Origin: a virus
Lineage: Duplodnaviria > Caudoviricetes
IMG/VR virus record: IMGVR_UViG_3300032324_000422
Location: 1-31,067 of that record
Strand: one strand, 5' to 3'
DNA: 31,067 nucleotides
Part shown: piece after piece, positions 1 to 8,518 of the stretch
Numbering within the stretch: the stretch's first letter is position 1
Layout of the letters: each line of letters begins with the position of its first letter
The notes under the pieces: generated by a model
What the model was told of the DNA's origin: nothing
What the model saw: only the letters and a program-made list of their open reading frames with translations
The model's database searches: none
Translations under genes and position numbers: made by a program

Positions 1-123
1 TAATTAAATCAACAGAATCGTATCCTGCTGTTATGAAATCAGCAAAAGGATTACATATTATAATTTGTAAAGTACAATCATTAATTAAAGGAGGTAATGA
101 TAATTTAAAATTTGAATAAACTA
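1..123. repeat. Terminal direct repeat, left copy (circular-assembly overlap)
   Basis: 1-123 (taattaaatcaacagaatcg...tttgaataaacta) is identical to 30945-31067 and lies inside a coding region. Confidence 0.97.
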
Positions 124-1750
124 TCCCCCATCGTGTTCCATCACCATTAAAAGGAACTTTAAATTGATAAAGTGTGTTATAATTTACCCAATAATTACCT
201 TGATGTAAATAATATCCATCACTTGTTTTTATTATAATTTTAAAAGTTATTTCTTCACTCTCTTGAAAACCTATTTGAGCAAATAATTTTGCATTAAAAT
301 TAAATGTTTCTCCAATTTCACCATTTATTGGAGTTGAAGCAACTAATTCATATACTCCAGATCTTCTACCAATTACTAATCTTGAAACAGATGAATTTAT
401 AAATGGATATAAAATTACATTAGCTGGTGCCATTTCTGAAGTTGTCCAATTATAAAAAACTGGATTTGCTAACCATTCAGCTACCGGAATAGTTGTATCA
501 AAATTAAAAGTAGGATTAATTACTAATCCAGCTACTAATCCATATTGATAATTCAATCGATATGCCGATATTGCTCCTTTTACTTCTATTTGTTGATTTG
601 CACCCGCATGATGAGGATAAAATCCATTTATTTGACTTCCTAAAACTGCATTTAAATTCTTTGTAAAAACAGCATCAGTTGTTTGATTAATAAATTCAGT
701 ATAACCGTTTAACTCTAAATCGTTAGGTCTGTAAATCCACCATTGGCCATCTTGTTGAGTTATAACTGCCGAAAATAAATTTAGCATTGAAGTTAAAACC
801 TCGTTGCAGTCCATTATAACAATATCGTTTTTATCTTTTATAAAACGATCTGAATTTACATAAATGTCTTTTAAAATATTTGTTCCTGTATAATCAGTAT
901 ATTCAACGTAAACGCTTGTATTTATATTTAAAGATAATCGTGTTCTATCTAAACAACCTTTTATAACTTCATAAACCGACATTTTACCTGTAAAAGGTAA
1001 TCCATTGGTTTGAACAAAAGATAAGTTTTTTAAAGCACCCAAAACATCATTGCTTTCAATATTAACATACCAAACATCATTAACAAAACTTTGTTGGCAT
1101 CCATCGGGTTTAATATATCCTTCAAATATAATTTGATTACCTTTTAATAGTTCAGTTTTATAGGTAAATTCATCTTCAAGTAAAAATTCATCAAAGGTTA
1201 ATGTTTGACTTGCTTCTAAAGATAAATCTAATCCTGTTCCTCTAATCTGATCTAATATACTATCAACATTTGACTTTTTAAGTGTAAATGTTCCATATAT
1301 TTCAGATGCAGTACCTTGATAATTGCTTTTATAAATATTTAGTGTATAATCATCAAAATATAAATAATATTTTAAATTACTTCCAAATGGCTCTACATTT
1401 TCTGTAGTTATACTAATATTTGGGTTTATATCTTCATCAATAGTAACAACAGCATCCGCTTGTATTAAAACTTCAATACTTGAGTTAACTAAAGAATAAT
1501 CAATTAAATCATTTATATAATTTTCACGTAAAAAACTTAACAATATTTGCAAAGTTTCATCAAGTGATGTTCCTATTGGAACTTGGTCAAATTCTGTCGG
1601 TGTTGCACCATTAGGAATAAAATCAACTTTTAATACAAAATCACCTGTTGAATAATATAAAGGAAATGAATTAACATTTATGATATAACTATATCCAATA
1701 AAATTTGTAATTGGTTGTGCGCTAAAATCTATTATTATTTTCTTTGCCAT
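1..1750 (-). CDS. Tail-tip/baseplate hub-like structural protein, N-terminal part (741 aa in total, continuing across the junction to 30469)
   Basis: ATG at 1750 overlaps the tape measure stop (TAATG). Frame MAKKIIIDFSAQPITNF... stays open to base 1; 1750+476=2226 nt joins in frame to the 30469 ORF. Missed by the ORF track. Function inferred from position after the tape measure gene. Confidence 0.8.
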   Translation of the reverse strand, partial: MAKKIIIDFSAQPITNFIGYSYIINVNSFPLYYSTGDFVLKVDFIPNGATPTEFDQVPIGTSLDETLQILLSFLRENYINDLIDYSLVNSSIEVLIQADAVVTIDEDINPNISITTENVEPFGSNLKYYLYFDDYTLNIYKSNYQGTASEIYGTFTLKKSNVDSILDQIRGTGLDLSLEASQTLTFDEFLLEDEFTYKTELLKGNQIIFEGYIKPDGCQQSFVNDVWYVNIESNDVLGALKNLSFVQTNGLPFTGKMSVYEVIKGCLDRTRLSLNINTSVYVEYTDYTGTNILKDIYVNSDRFIKDKNDIVIMDCNEVLTSMLNLFSAVITQQDGQWWIYRPNDLELNGYTEFINQTTDAVFTKNLNAVLGSQINGFYPHHAGANQQIEVKGAISAYRLNYQYGLVAGLVINPTFNFDTTIPVAEWLANPVFYNWTTSEMAPANVILYPFINSSVSRLVIGRRSGVYELVASTPINGEIGETFNFNAKLFAQIGFQESEEITFKIIIKTSDGYYLHQGNYWVNYNTLYQFKVPFNGDGTRWGIVYSNFKLSLPPLINDCTLQIIICNPFADFITAGYDSVDLI

Positions 1751-3576
1751 TATCCTAAACCTAAAGTCCCTCCTAAACGTCTATTTGAGTTTAAAGTATT
1801 ATTTAAAACTCCTATTAACTTTTGCCCTGCAATTTCAAACACTACAGTTCCACCGCCACCGCCACCACTAAATCCGCTCGAAGTAAAACTTTGATTGTTT
1901 GCACCTGCTCCCGATGCACCAGAAGCACCTCCTCCACCACCTATTGAACCGCCTATTGAACTTGATTTTGAACTAAAAAATGAACCTAAAGCAATTAAAG
2001 CAACACCGGCTGCAATAGCTGCACCAGGGTTTAATGATTTTAAAGCTGTCTTTATTCCTAATAAACCAACCCCAATTGAAATAGCCATTTGCCCCATATT
2101 TGTTAAAATACTACCTAAAGAACTTAAAAGAGTTTGACCAACGGCCTGTAAAACATTGCCTCCAGTAGCTAAAGCATTTCCTAATGCGCTTCCTAATCCT
2201 GCAAATGTATCAGCAATAGAAGTGTTTATTATTTCAGTTGCAGAGTTATTAAATTCAAGTAAAGCAGCAGTCATTAAAATAGCACCCTCATTAATTATAT
2301 CAGGTATCTGAACTAAAGATGATTTTATTACGCCAGGTAATTCTTTTATCTTATTTCCAAAAGCATCAACTTGACCATTGAAAAATGCTATATCTTTAAC
2401 TTTAAATAATGGAGCAGCAATAATTTTATTTCCTAATCCTGTAACTTGTGGAGTGTTAAAAGTTGGTTTAGCAGGTTTAGCTTTCTCTGCAAGTAGTTTT
2501 ATCGAGTCTTGTGTCTTTTGATTTAATTTACCAGCTAATTTATCTTGTTGGGTTTGTATTTCTAAAATTTGCTCGTTTAAATCTTTTACTTTTGAGGCAG
2601 ATAAAGCTAAAGCACCCGCAGCACCCGCAGCTCTTTGACCAGCACCTGCTATGTTATTAGCTGTTTTTAGATTTTCATTTGCTTGTCTTACATTTTCTTG
2701 AGACTTTTGTAAATTAATTAACTCTTTTTCTTTTTGGATTTGAAGTTCTAATTTTTTAGCTGCTAATTCGCCAATCTTATCAGAAATGGCACTCGCTTCA
2801 GCTCTTGCAATAATTGCCTTTGATAATTCCCTGGTTACTGCTGTTAAATCACCCGTTAAAATTTGCTCTTTGCTTAAATTAGCAAAATAACCTGGATATT
2901 TAGATTGTAATTCTTCAACAGCAATTAATCTGTCTTTTCGTGAATTTACTTCATTTTGAGCAACAGAAACTAAAGCATTTAACCCCGCAATCTCTTGACC
3001 TGAACTTTTAGCAGCATCTACTGATATTTTATTTAATTCAGCTCCAAAAGCATCAAAGTTTCCTGTAATCTTATTAATAACATCGCCAACTGTCAATCCG
3101 CTTTGGGCCAATAAAGTCAATCCTGTTGTAAGAAGTGAAACACCCAACAATATACCACCGGTTCCCGCTAAAGAATTTGCTAAAGCCTTTAAGGCTCCGC
3201 CTGTGCTTCCTGTTTGGTTTTTAAGACTTGCAAACGCTTCGGCAGTAGCAGTAAGGTTGTTTCCGATACCAATAATACCAAATGGCGCATCCTGCGCTAT
3301 TCTACTAAACTGCGTTAATGTATTACCCGCATTGGCAACCTTTGGAGCTGCGGATGCAAAAGTTTGTCCTGTATCTTTAACCGTACTTTTAAGGCTGTTT
3401 AAACTTGCCTTTGCATCTTTAATCTGTGAATTGATTTCAGTAGTATCTAAACCAACTTTTAACCTATCAAGTTTTATCTTTGACAGTTCTTTTATATCAA
3501 ACTCAACTTCTTTGATTTTCTTTTCAAAGTCGGTAATGTCTGCTCCAATCTCAACTGATAATTTACCTCCTGCCAT
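1750..3576 (-). CDS. Tail tape measure protein
   Basis: 608 aa, Ala/Gly/Leu-rich helical sequence, N-terminal 'LSVEIGADITDF', coiled-coil middle, follows the tail chaperone genes. Confidence 0.88.
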   Translation of the reverse strand: MAGGKLSVEIGADITDFEKKIKEVEFDIKELSKIKLDRLKVGLDTTEINSQIKDAKASLNSLKSTVKDTGQTFASAAPKVANAGNTLTQFSRIAQDAPFGIIGIGNNLTATAEAFASLKNQTGSTGGALKALANSLAGTGGILLGVSLLTTGLTLLAQSGLTVGDVINKITGNFDAFGAELNKISVDAAKSSGQEIAGLNALVSVAQNEVNSRKDRLIAVEELQSKYPGYFANLSKEQILTGDLTAVTRELSKAIIARAEASAISDKIGELAAKKLELQIQKEKELINLQKSQENVRQANENLKTANNIAGAGQRAAGAAGALALSASKVKDLNEQILEIQTQQDKLAGKLNQKTQDSIKLLAEKAKPAKPTFNTPQVTGLGNKIIAAPLFKVKDIAFFNGQVDAFGNKIKELPGVIKSSLVQIPDIINEGAILMTAALLEFNNSATEIINTSIADTFAGLGSALGNALATGGNVLQAVGQTLLSSLGSILTNMGQMAISIGVGLLGIKTALKSLNPGAAIAAGVALIALGSFFSSKSSSIGGSIGGGGGASGASGAGANNQSFTSSGFSGGGGGGTVVFEIAGQKLIGVLNNTLNSNRRLGGTLGLG

Positions 3577-3925
3577 TATGCTTTTATTTTTTCTTGATAT
3601 TTTCTAAATTCATTCATAAACCTTTCTTTCATCTCATCCGTTACACCTGACCTAACTTGCTTTTCATTATTTAAAGGTAAAAACGCTTCTTTGCGTTTAA
3701 CCATTTTTTTAGGATCTTGATGAGGTGCAATGTAACTCGTCCACATTAACTCCCTTAACTTTTGCCAATCGTATAAGTCAATTCTTTTATATGCAAAAAG
3801 TCGAATTTGAAACTCCGCCCACGTCATATCGTAAACCGCTTCCAAACTCGACATTCTTAATTCACCAATGGCAAAAGAAATTACATCCTCGCTCCAGTTT
3901 ATTTTTTCGTTACTATTTTTTTTTT
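3576..3925 (-). CDS. Tail assembly chaperone, frameshifted C-terminal segment (lambda gpT-like)
   Basis: The frame of the 3576-3854 ORF stays open upstream (KKNSNEKINWSEDVISFAIGELRMSSL) into the A10 run, in the -1 frame of the 3899-4249 ORF. Confidence 0.72.
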
Positions 3926-4249
3926 GCTTTTATCTTCCGGAACATCCTTTGTTAAGGATTGAGTAAAGGCTTGAAAAAACGATGTAACTACTTCGCTGTC
4001 CATTCCAACCTCATCAATCCACTCTGCTACATCAAAAGCATCAAAGTCAGGAAATTCATTTTTACGTTTAAAACCAAAAGCACAACTGTGAAACATAATT
4101 AACGGAATCCATTTAAAAGGATTCTCTGCTAATTTATCATCGATTTCAGTCATCGCTATTTTTTCGCTTTCGAGTAAGTTTCCTAAAAAACCTAATCCAA
4201 AATGGAATAAACGATCTTTACCACCAATAGTTAAGGTTATTTGTTTCAT
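3899..4249 (-). CDS. Tail assembly chaperone (lambda gpG-like)
   Basis: 116 aa between tail tube and tape measure genes, with a slippery A-run near the 3' end. Confidence 0.75.
   Translation of the reverse strand: MKQITLTIGGKDRLFHFGLGFLGNLLESEKIAMTEIDDKLAENPFKWIPLIMFHSCAFGFKRKNEFPDFDAFDVAEWIDEVGMDSEVVTSFFQAFTQSLTKDVPEDKSKKKIVTKK
3916..3925 (-). other. Programmed -1 ribosomal frameshift site (A AAA AAA)
   Basis: T10 on + strand; minus strand reads AGC AAA AAA AAA ATA; a -1 shift gives a ~224-aa G-T fusion. Confidence 0.68.
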
Positions 4250-4692
4250 TAATCCATAGGATCATAAGTTAATACAGGGCCATCACCATCTAATGTAAGT
4301 GAGAAAGTTGTAACCTCGTCACCACTTCCGAAAGTAGCACTTAAATCAGTAATATAAGCATAACCATAGTATTTTACAGAGTCATTATTATCAACATCTG
4401 TATCAAGCTTCCAATTCACTAAAGTTTTGTTTAGTTGCAATGAAAACAAAGCATCATGAGAAGTTTTTTGATCATCACCTCCATCAGTGGTAGTGTCGAT
4501 ATATTCGCCTTCTGCATCTAATGAATAACTAAATGTTCCTGGGGTTTTTTGAATTACACCTGGTGAACATTTTGTAGTGCTTTCAATCATTGATAATGTT
4601 GTGTTTAATCCATTTGAAGTAAGACAAGCAACAGGCTTATAAGCCGATGCATCCCAAATGTAAAGTATTCCGTTTTCGCCTTTTATTGACAT
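4249..4692 (-). CDS. Major tail tube protein (TP901-1-like family)
   Basis: 147 aa, 'IKGENGILYI...ACLTSNGL...ESTTK...G.AYITDLS...TFSLTLDGDG' tail-tube pattern; position in tail module. Confidence 0.82.
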   Translation of the reverse strand: MSIKGENGILYIWDASAYKPVACLTSNGLNTTLSMIESTTKCSPGVIQKTPGTFSYSLDAEGEYIDTTTDGGDDQKTSHDALFSLQLNKTLVNWKLDTDVDNNDSVKYYGYAYITDLSATFGSGDEVTTFSLTLDGDGPVLTYDPMD

Positions 4693-4727
4693 ATTTTCTA
4701 TTTTTTATAAATTAATGATTTCAAATT

Positions 4728-4735
4728 CAAAGATA
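4728..4735 (-). promoter_or_regulatory. Bacteroidota -7 promoter element (TATCTTTG) for the tail tube operon
   Basis: caaagata on + strand, 35 nt upstream of the ATG at 4692. Confidence 0.65.
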
Positions 4736-4743
4736 ATAATTTT

Positions 4744-4762
4744 ATTTATATTTATTCTAAAT
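4744..4762. promoter_or_regulatory. 19-bp palindromic operator, copy A (Fur-box-like)
   Basis: ATTTATATTTATTCTAAAT flanked by TT/AA, 8 nt upstream of the -7 element. Confidence 0.6.
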
Positions 4763-4773
4763 AATTATAAAAT

Positions 4774-5175
4774 TTATTGTAAAGTTAAAATTACTCGAAT
4801 AAAGCTACGATAAACCGTTTGTGTTGCTGTGCTGCTATCTAAATTACTTGGAAATTCAAATCGACGATTTAGAACATTATAACCATCAACATTAATGTTT
4901 TCAATTAATGATAATATATTATTTTCCATGTCATCGTTAACCAATCTACTACCTACATTACCGGCTCCATTATAGATTTTTACAATATCCAAAAGAGTAT
5001 AAGAAATCCATTGGTAATTGCATTTAGTAGCTTTGTCAATCTCTTTGTCCTGTGTTGAAATAATAACGTATTGATTCGGATTATCATTGCCGGTTACTTG
5101 CATATCATAACAATCATAATCGCCTATTATGGCATCGTATAAAGCTTTCCTAACGTATTTATTTGGATTTACCAT
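4774..5175 (-). CDS. Tail terminator/completion protein
   Basis: 133 aa immediately upstream of the tail tube gene; canonical siphovirus order. Confidence 0.65.
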   Translation of the reverse strand: MVNPNKYVRKALYDAIIGDYDCYDMQVTGNDNPNQYVIISTQDKEIDKATKCNYQWISYTLLDIVKIYNGAGNVGSRLVNDDMENNILSLIENINVDGYNVLNRRFEFPSNLDSSTATQTVYRSFIRVILTLQ

Positions 5176-5587
5176 ACTTGTTTAATACTTTTTTTAACTT
5201 ATCTAAATATTCTGTTCTACCTTGCAATAATGCCGGATATAAATAAGGTCTTGGCCTTAAATTAACTTGCTTTATTCCTTTACCTATAAATTTAATTGCC
5301 TGGTCTTTTAACTCGTCAGGAACTTCCACTAAACCGCCTGTTCCAAATTCAACGAATGGAGCATAAGGAGCAATAACACCTCCAGCTTCAACATTCCAAT
5401 TTAAAGGAGTATCTTTTACCGCTTGTATCGATTGACCTAATTTACCAAAGTTGGCCGGTGCATAATTTTTAGCATTCTTTTCAATATTACGAGCGACTAA
5501 TTCAGTAACTCCTTCAATATCTTTTTCAGCTTCTTTGCCGTACTTTCTTATATTAGCCAAAACACTATTTAAGCCTTTTATTTCCAT
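5159..5587 (-). CDS. HK97 gp10-like tail/neck protein
   Basis: 'YAPFVEFGT' and 'RPRPYLYPA' motifs typical of the family. Confidence 0.85.
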   Translation of the reverse strand: MEIKGLNSVLANIRKYGKEAEKDIEGVTELVARNIEKNAKNYAPANFGKLGQSIQAVKDTPLNWNVEAGGVIAPYAPFVEFGTGGLVEVPDELKDQAIKFIGKGIKQVNLRPRPYLYPALLQGRTEYLDKLKKVLNKYGKSK

Positions 5588-5913
5588 TAGGTTCTTTGAG
5601 TGGCTTGTATTTGAATATCAATATTATCCAAGTCAATATTTAAAACGCTATCTATATTATAAATGACATTATTGTAAACAATAAAGTTATCTTTTATAGA
5701 AATATTTAAATTTGGATTATTACGAATGGTAAAAACTACCTGAACAAAATTATCGTTTTGTCCGTTCTCGTTTGTTCTTGAAGCGTTGTTTGTTGTTACG
5801 TTTGCCCAAAGAGTATAATCTAAATCTGTTGTTACAGTATTACCACCATATCCATCGGAAATAGTTGTAGTGATCCACATTTCAATAATCCTATCGTATT
5901 TTCTAGCAATCAT
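5587..5913 (-). CDS. Head closure/head-tail adaptor (SPP1 gp16-like)
   Basis: 'DGYGG...LWANV...FTIR...YNIDSV' pattern, 108 aa. Confidence 0.8.
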   Translation of the reverse strand: MIARKYDRIIEMWITTTISDGYGGNTVTTDLDYTLWANVTTNNASRTNENGQNDNFVQVVFTIRNNPNLNISIKDNFIVYNNVIYNIDSVLNIDLDNIDIQIQATQRT

Positions 5914-6374
5914 TATAAGAATCGTCTGTTAACATCAATATTAGATAAGACAAAATCAGGAACGCTATTCATTGCGTTTTTAGTTTCGGAATTGTAAAAC
6001 CAAAAGTTTATTAACTGCAAAGCACTATCAATTAACTCCGAAGGAATATCCTCAACAGAAGTATATCCAGTTGTTAAAGTAACCATATTATTAACCGTTG
6101 GAACAATAGCGTAAAGCGGTCTATAAATTATATCCAATTCAGTTTCGGTATTGTCTATTGGATAATCGTAAACTCTAACTTGTTGCACTAAAGCAAAATC
6201 TTTAAAATAAACTTTATCACGTGTTTTGAATATATGATTTGTACGTTTCTCAATAAAAGAAAGTGCAGAGTTTATCATTCCGGTTATTTCATCATCGGTA
6301 ACGGTTTGTCCCTCATCGATTTTTAAATATAACTTGGCTTGTTCTAAAGAAATAACATCGGTATAATTAGTCAT
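5913..6374 (-). CDS. Head-tail connector (HK97 gp6/SPP1 gp15-like)
   Basis: 'ISLEQAKLYLKID...DDEI...SA...IE' and 'TGY...IPSEL..ALQLINFWFYN'. Confidence 0.85.
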   Translation of the reverse strand: MTNYTDVISLEQAKLYLKIDEGQTVTDDEITGMINSALSFIEKRTNHIFKTRDKVYFKDFALVQQVRVYDYPIDNTETELDIIYRPLYAIVPTVNNMVTLTTGYTSVEDIPSELIDSALQLINFWFYNSETKNAMNSVPDFVLSNIDVNRRFL

Positions 6375-6544
6375 TATTTTTTGGTTTTAGTTTCTTTAAC
6401 TTCTTTAACTTCTTTAACTTCTTCTATATAACCATCAGTAAGCATTCCTAAAGCTTGTTCTTTAGTCAACTCAATAGTTTCATTTACTTTATAGTTTTTT
6501 TTATTGGAATGAGTGTAAAATGGTTTTAATACTTTAAATGTCAT
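6374..6544 (-). CDS. Small hypothetical protein after the capsid gene (56 aa, MTFKVLKPF...)
   Basis: ATG at 6544 preferred over the track start, which lies inside a terminator hairpin. Confidence 0.65.
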   Translation of the reverse strand: MTFKVLKPFYTHSNKKNYKVNETIELTKEQALGMLTDGYIEEVKEVKEVKETKTKK

Positions 6545-6571
6545 GTGGAGTTTATTAATGTTAATTGTAAT

Positions 6572-6603
6572 AAAAAAAGCCACCACAATCAAGCAGTGGC
6601 TTT
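6572..6603 (-). terminator. Intrinsic terminator after the major capsid gene
   Basis: Stem aaagccac/gtggcttt with a U-tract on the minus strand. Confidence 0.7.
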
Positions 6604-6623
6604 AGTTTAAATAATCTTAATGA

Positions 6624-7775
6624 TTATGCAGTAGCAGTGAAATCACCGTAAACAATTGCTAATGGTTGCTCAACAGCCAAAGCAACTTGTGCCTCAATTC
6701 TTGCAGTGATATTGTTGTTAACAAAGTTTGTTCCTTCAGTTTCAGAAAACTCTAAAGACAATCCTTCAGTAGTTACTTTGTTTACTCTTGTCCAATCACC
6801 TACATAGTATTTGTTAGCAGCTAACCATGTAGCTTTAAATACTTGAACTCCTGCAACTCTTAAAACTCCGCCTTCGTAAGTAACGGCAGACTCTAAATCC
6901 ATTTTCGCAGTTTTCAAGATATCTAAATAATCAGTTGGTCTGATAACGATACCATTTACAGTATAGTTTGCATCTTCTAATTTACCAATCTCATTGATAA
7001 GCATTTCAGATTTAGAACTTCCTGTTATGATTTCAGTTGATTCTGTAGCATCAGCAGCTAATACTGTGTTGAATGCAGCATTTTCAGCTTTTAAGTAATC
7101 TCTTCTTAACAAGTCAGGAATAGCTGAAGTGATATAAGAAAGGTTGTTACGCATTTTTTTAGAGTAACGAGCAAAACCAGCGATGAAGTTTGTAGAAACA
7201 TCAACAGCAGTAAAGTCGTAATCTCTTTGGTTTTTAGCAGAGTTTTCAGAGTTTGCTCCGATTGATCCCTCTCCGGCACCTTCAACTGTATATGTATAAG
7301 TTCCACCATTGATGTTAATGTTACCTGTTAAGTCAGCAACGTTTAACATTTGTGAAGGGAATCTAACAATGTCAAAGTTATAATCTCTTGGCTCTTCACC
7401 TGTAAAGTTAGCAGTAGTCATGTTTCCTACAGCTTTCAATCTGATTTTGTTGTTTTCACCAACTGTTGCAATTCTTTCAGCATTATCTTTAATTAAAGAT
7501 TTGATGTTGTCAACATTTGTGTTAGCTTCAGCTTTTGCTTTCTCTTGAAGTTTTACATCCAATTTGTCAGCGTGATCTTGTACAGCTTTCAAGTCAGCAG
7601 CAAATTTTAATTCAAGTGAATTTTTTACACTTTGCAATTCAGCATCGAAAGTAGATACGATTTCTGAAGTTAATTTTTTTTCAAAAGCATCGATTGCGCT
7701 TTTTACTTCTGTAGCGGTTTTAGTTTCTAATCCGCTTTTAATGTTTGCCAATTCGGCCAATAATTTTTCGTCCAT
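6624..7775 (-). CDS. Major capsid protein, HK97 family
   Basis: 383 aa with an N-terminal coiled-coil (delta-like) region; C-terminal 'YYVGDW...NFVNNNITARIEAQVALAV..P.AIV'. Confidence 0.92.
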   Translation of the reverse strand: MDEKLLAELANIKSGLETKTATEVKSAIDAFEKKLTSEIVSTFDAELQSVKNSLELKFAADLKAVQDHADKLDVKLQEKAKAEANTNVDNIKSLIKDNAERIATVGENNKIRLKAVGNMTTANFTGEEPRDYNFDIVRFPSQMLNVADLTGNININGGTYTYTVEGAGEGSIGANSENSAKNQRDYDFTAVDVSTNFIAGFARYSKKMRNNLSYITSAIPDLLRRDYLKAENAAFNTVLAADATESTEIITGSSKSEMLINEIGKLEDANYTVNGIVIRPTDYLDILKTAKMDLESAVTYEGGVLRVAGVQVFKATWLAANKYYVGDWTRVNKVTTEGLSLEFSETEGTNFVNNNITARIEAQVALAVEQPLAIVYGDFTATA

Positions 7776-7777
7776 TT

Positions 7778-8446
7778 TTATTTAATGTTTAACGAGTTTG
7801 TAAATGATTTTAACGTGTCTAATATAAGCGGCTCAACTTCTGGAGTGTCATCTTCTAACGGCTCTTCTGTAAGTGCTTTTAATAATGTTTCGATTTGTTT
7901 TAACCTGGTATCAGAATAATCCAAATCGTATGCTTTTGTTATCAATTCCATTAAACCATAATGAGATTTAATAGCTTTTATATTTTGTACTGTACTCAAT
8001 TCGTTAGCTGCCCAACTTGACAAGAATGAATATTCAGCAAGTTTATACTCTGTAATTTTGGCTTTCTCTTTTGCATCTCTACTTATTACCTTATATCCAA
8101 TACTTAACTCTGCATTTAGATTGCTATCATGCATAAGTTTAACATCGGTAAACATATCACGACCTAAATCTTTTTTCATATTGAATTGGGTTGTAGTAAG
8201 CAAACCATAAGTATCTTTAGTATCAATCTCTAAAGGAACACCTATCATCATTGTAGGATTGTGATCCTTCAATACTCGAATGCGTTTAAAGTTTTCCGCA
8301 ACCGTTTTGTTAAACGATCCATAAGCGGAAATATCACCATCGCTGTCTTTAACATTGTAAACGTTAGCATAAGCTGTAACAACTCCTTTGCTTTCGTCTA
8401 ACTCTTTTAAGTCGTATGCTAATTGTTTGAACTCTATTCTATCCAT
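7778..8446 (-). CDS. Prohead maturation protease, HK97 family
   Basis: 'AYANVYNVKDSDGDI...LKDHN...IG...LSIGY...LAEYS..SWAAN' motifs. Confidence 0.92.
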   Translation of the reverse strand: MDRIEFKQLAYDLKELDESKGVVTAYANVYNVKDSDGDISAYGSFNKTVAENFKRIRVLKDHNPTMMIGVPLEIDTKDTYGLLTTTQFNMKKDLGRDMFTDVKLMHDSNLNAELSIGYKVISRDAKEKAKITEYKLAEYSFLSSWAANELSTVQNIKAIKSHYGLMELITKAYDLDYSDTRLKQIETLLKALTEEPLEDDTPEVEPLILDTLKSFTNSLNIK

Positions 8447-8467
8447 TAAAATTAGTGTTTATAGATA

Positions 8468-8475
8468 CAAAGATA
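8468..8475 (-). promoter_or_regulatory. Bacteroidota -7 element (TATCTTTG) for the protease-capsid operon
   Basis: caaagata on + strand, 21 nt upstream of the ATG at 8446. Confidence 0.65.
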
Positions 8476-8483
8476 TAAATTTT

Positions 8484-8502
8484 ATTTAGACTTAATATAA
8501 AT
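8484..8502. promoter_or_regulatory. 19-bp palindromic operator, copy B (Fur-box-like)
   Basis: ATTTAGACTTAATATAAAT, 8 nt upstream of the -7 element (same spacing as copy A). Confidence 0.6.
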
Positions 8503-8518
8503 AGTATATATATTTTTT

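Noticed and set aside
1-123. Physical terminal repeat of the virion DNA
   Set aside because: It falls mid-gene and has a k-mer-like length, so an assembly overlap is the simpler explanation.
1895-3955. Plus-strand ORFs 1895-2137, 3203-3607 and 3725-3955
   Set aside because: Antisense shadows of the tape measure and chaperone genes; the Pro-rich run mirrors Gly codons.
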